Below are positions 62,795-64,000 of a stretch of 64,000 bases of DNA, piece by piece (position 1 is the stretch's first letter; each line of letters opens with the position of its first letter). Below the pieces are notes generated by a model that ran no database searches, had not been told where the DNA came from, and saw nothing but the letters and a program-made list of their open reading frames with translations. Source of the DNA: Pseudogymnoascus verrucosus (Eukaryota); assembly GCA_001662655.1 (NCBI GenBank), contig KV460215.1. One strand, 5' to 3'. A program made the position numbers and the translations under genes.

Positions 62795-64000
62795 TCACCT
62801 CGGATCCTGCTGGTGCAACTGCGCGTGCTCGAGCTGCTGCTGCTGTCTGCCCTGACTACTCACTATCTCTCCCGCGCGAATAAGCGCCGACACCGGATCA
62901 AGCGGGGCATTATCGTCGTCCGGGACCGTCGGATGCGGGTGTCTCAGCTGCAGCGGTATTGGCTGTGGCCGGTGCGGCGGGCGCGTGGGAGACAGGTAGC
63001 CGGTTCGCTGGCTGGCCTGGTTGATGGAGGAGTAGTCCATGGCGAGGATGCCTGGCTTTGTTAGTCTCGGTGTAGAGTGAGGTGGTTGTGGGAGCTCTGC
63101 GCGTAGACTCACCGGACTGGGAGTTGTACGAGATGGACGCGGGTAGCTGGGGGGAGAGCGAGGGGTGTCGGATCGGCGGGAGCGTGTCGAAGTGCTGCGC
63201 CTGGGCCTTGGAGGAGTTGTGCGAGAAGACGGGGTGCATGGGGAATGATGGCCTCTCACGTGATGGATCCAGGGGTATGCGAGGGGCGAAGTAGGTGCTC
63301 TGGCGCGGGTCGGCGGCCGTGGAGGACGAGGTAGATTGCTGCGTCGAGACGGTCGATTCGGATGTCAGTGATGGTGGGGAAAAAGAGCTAATCGACGACA
63401 GCGACGGGCGCGGCTGGTTGTGGAAGGCCTGCGCGAACGAGGTCGGCGTCTCGGGCGCATTCAGGATCCCGGACTGGTTCAGCTTCGGCTCGACCTGGCG
63501 ATTGTACTCGTGAATTGGGAGGTTTGGTGGGCGGGTGTGATCCCTCCACGCGAGCGTCTGCAGGTTCGGGTTGATGACTGTGTCGCGATATCCCGGCAGC
63601 GCGGTGCTGGGCCCACCCGGTGACGTCTGGGCCTTGGTGCTTGGCGGCAGCGGGGCCTGCAGTGCCGTGTCGGCTGGGAACCAGGGCGCTGGGATAGGGC
63701 CGAGGGATGGGACGCGTGTCCTCGAGTCAAGTGAGGCTTCACGGCTCAGGCTGGATGGGGTGCTGCTTTTCGTGGTGGTGCTATTGCTGCTCGTATTCAG
63801 ATTCTCGAGCTTTGGCCTCTTGGAGTTCTCATTAAGTGCTGTAACTGTCAGTTTTGGACCTTTGGGATCCGCTCTGGACATGACCCTACCCTCCTGATTG
63901 CTCTCTTGTAGCTGCAGCTGCTTGGCCTTGAACTCGATCAGATATTCCGAGTACGTCCTATAGCTCTCCGTGCGCCTGTATTCCGCCAGCTCGACCGTGT
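62795..64000 (-). CDS. 3' part of an HMG-box protein; starts beyond the window
   Basis: The window edge translates as TVELAEYRRTESYRTYSEYLIEFKAKQ, resembling HMG helix 3 plus extension (HMG20-like). Two introns (near 63890-63840 and 63111-63051); C-terminal LDPVSALIRAGEIV. Confidence 0.7.

Overview
Gene-dense, intron-containing DNA of a filamentous ascomycete. The pheromone repeat xCWRPGQPCG points to a Pseudogymnoascus-like Leotiomycete (inference). Housekeeping genes: GGCT/GliK-like, MBD4-like glycosylase, cytochrome c1, ATG10, DAHP synthase, glycogen debranching enzyme, MBOAT acyltransferase, ECM29, UBX5, GCK-III kinase, IDH1, PRE10, a VIT-vWA protein and a partial HMG-box gene. Also present: an alpha-factor-like pheromone precursor, four tRNA-Lys(CTT) copies, two RIP-inactivated pogo/Fot1-type transposons, one MITE and several unexplained repeat arrays. 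Best leads: (1) a splice donor overlapping the pheromone gene's stop codon would add an in-frame KR-cleavable Thr-rich, 4-Cys peptide; (2) four tRNA-Lys genes with identical mature sequence, one with and three without an intron, all carry a conserved structured 3' trailer; (3) the palindrome CGTACG is about 20-fold enriched in both transposons, mostly at non-homologous sites; (4) a spliced gene at the window start, missed by the ORF track, resembles SYCP2/Red1/Rec10. All exon boundaries and counts were read by eye and need confirmation.
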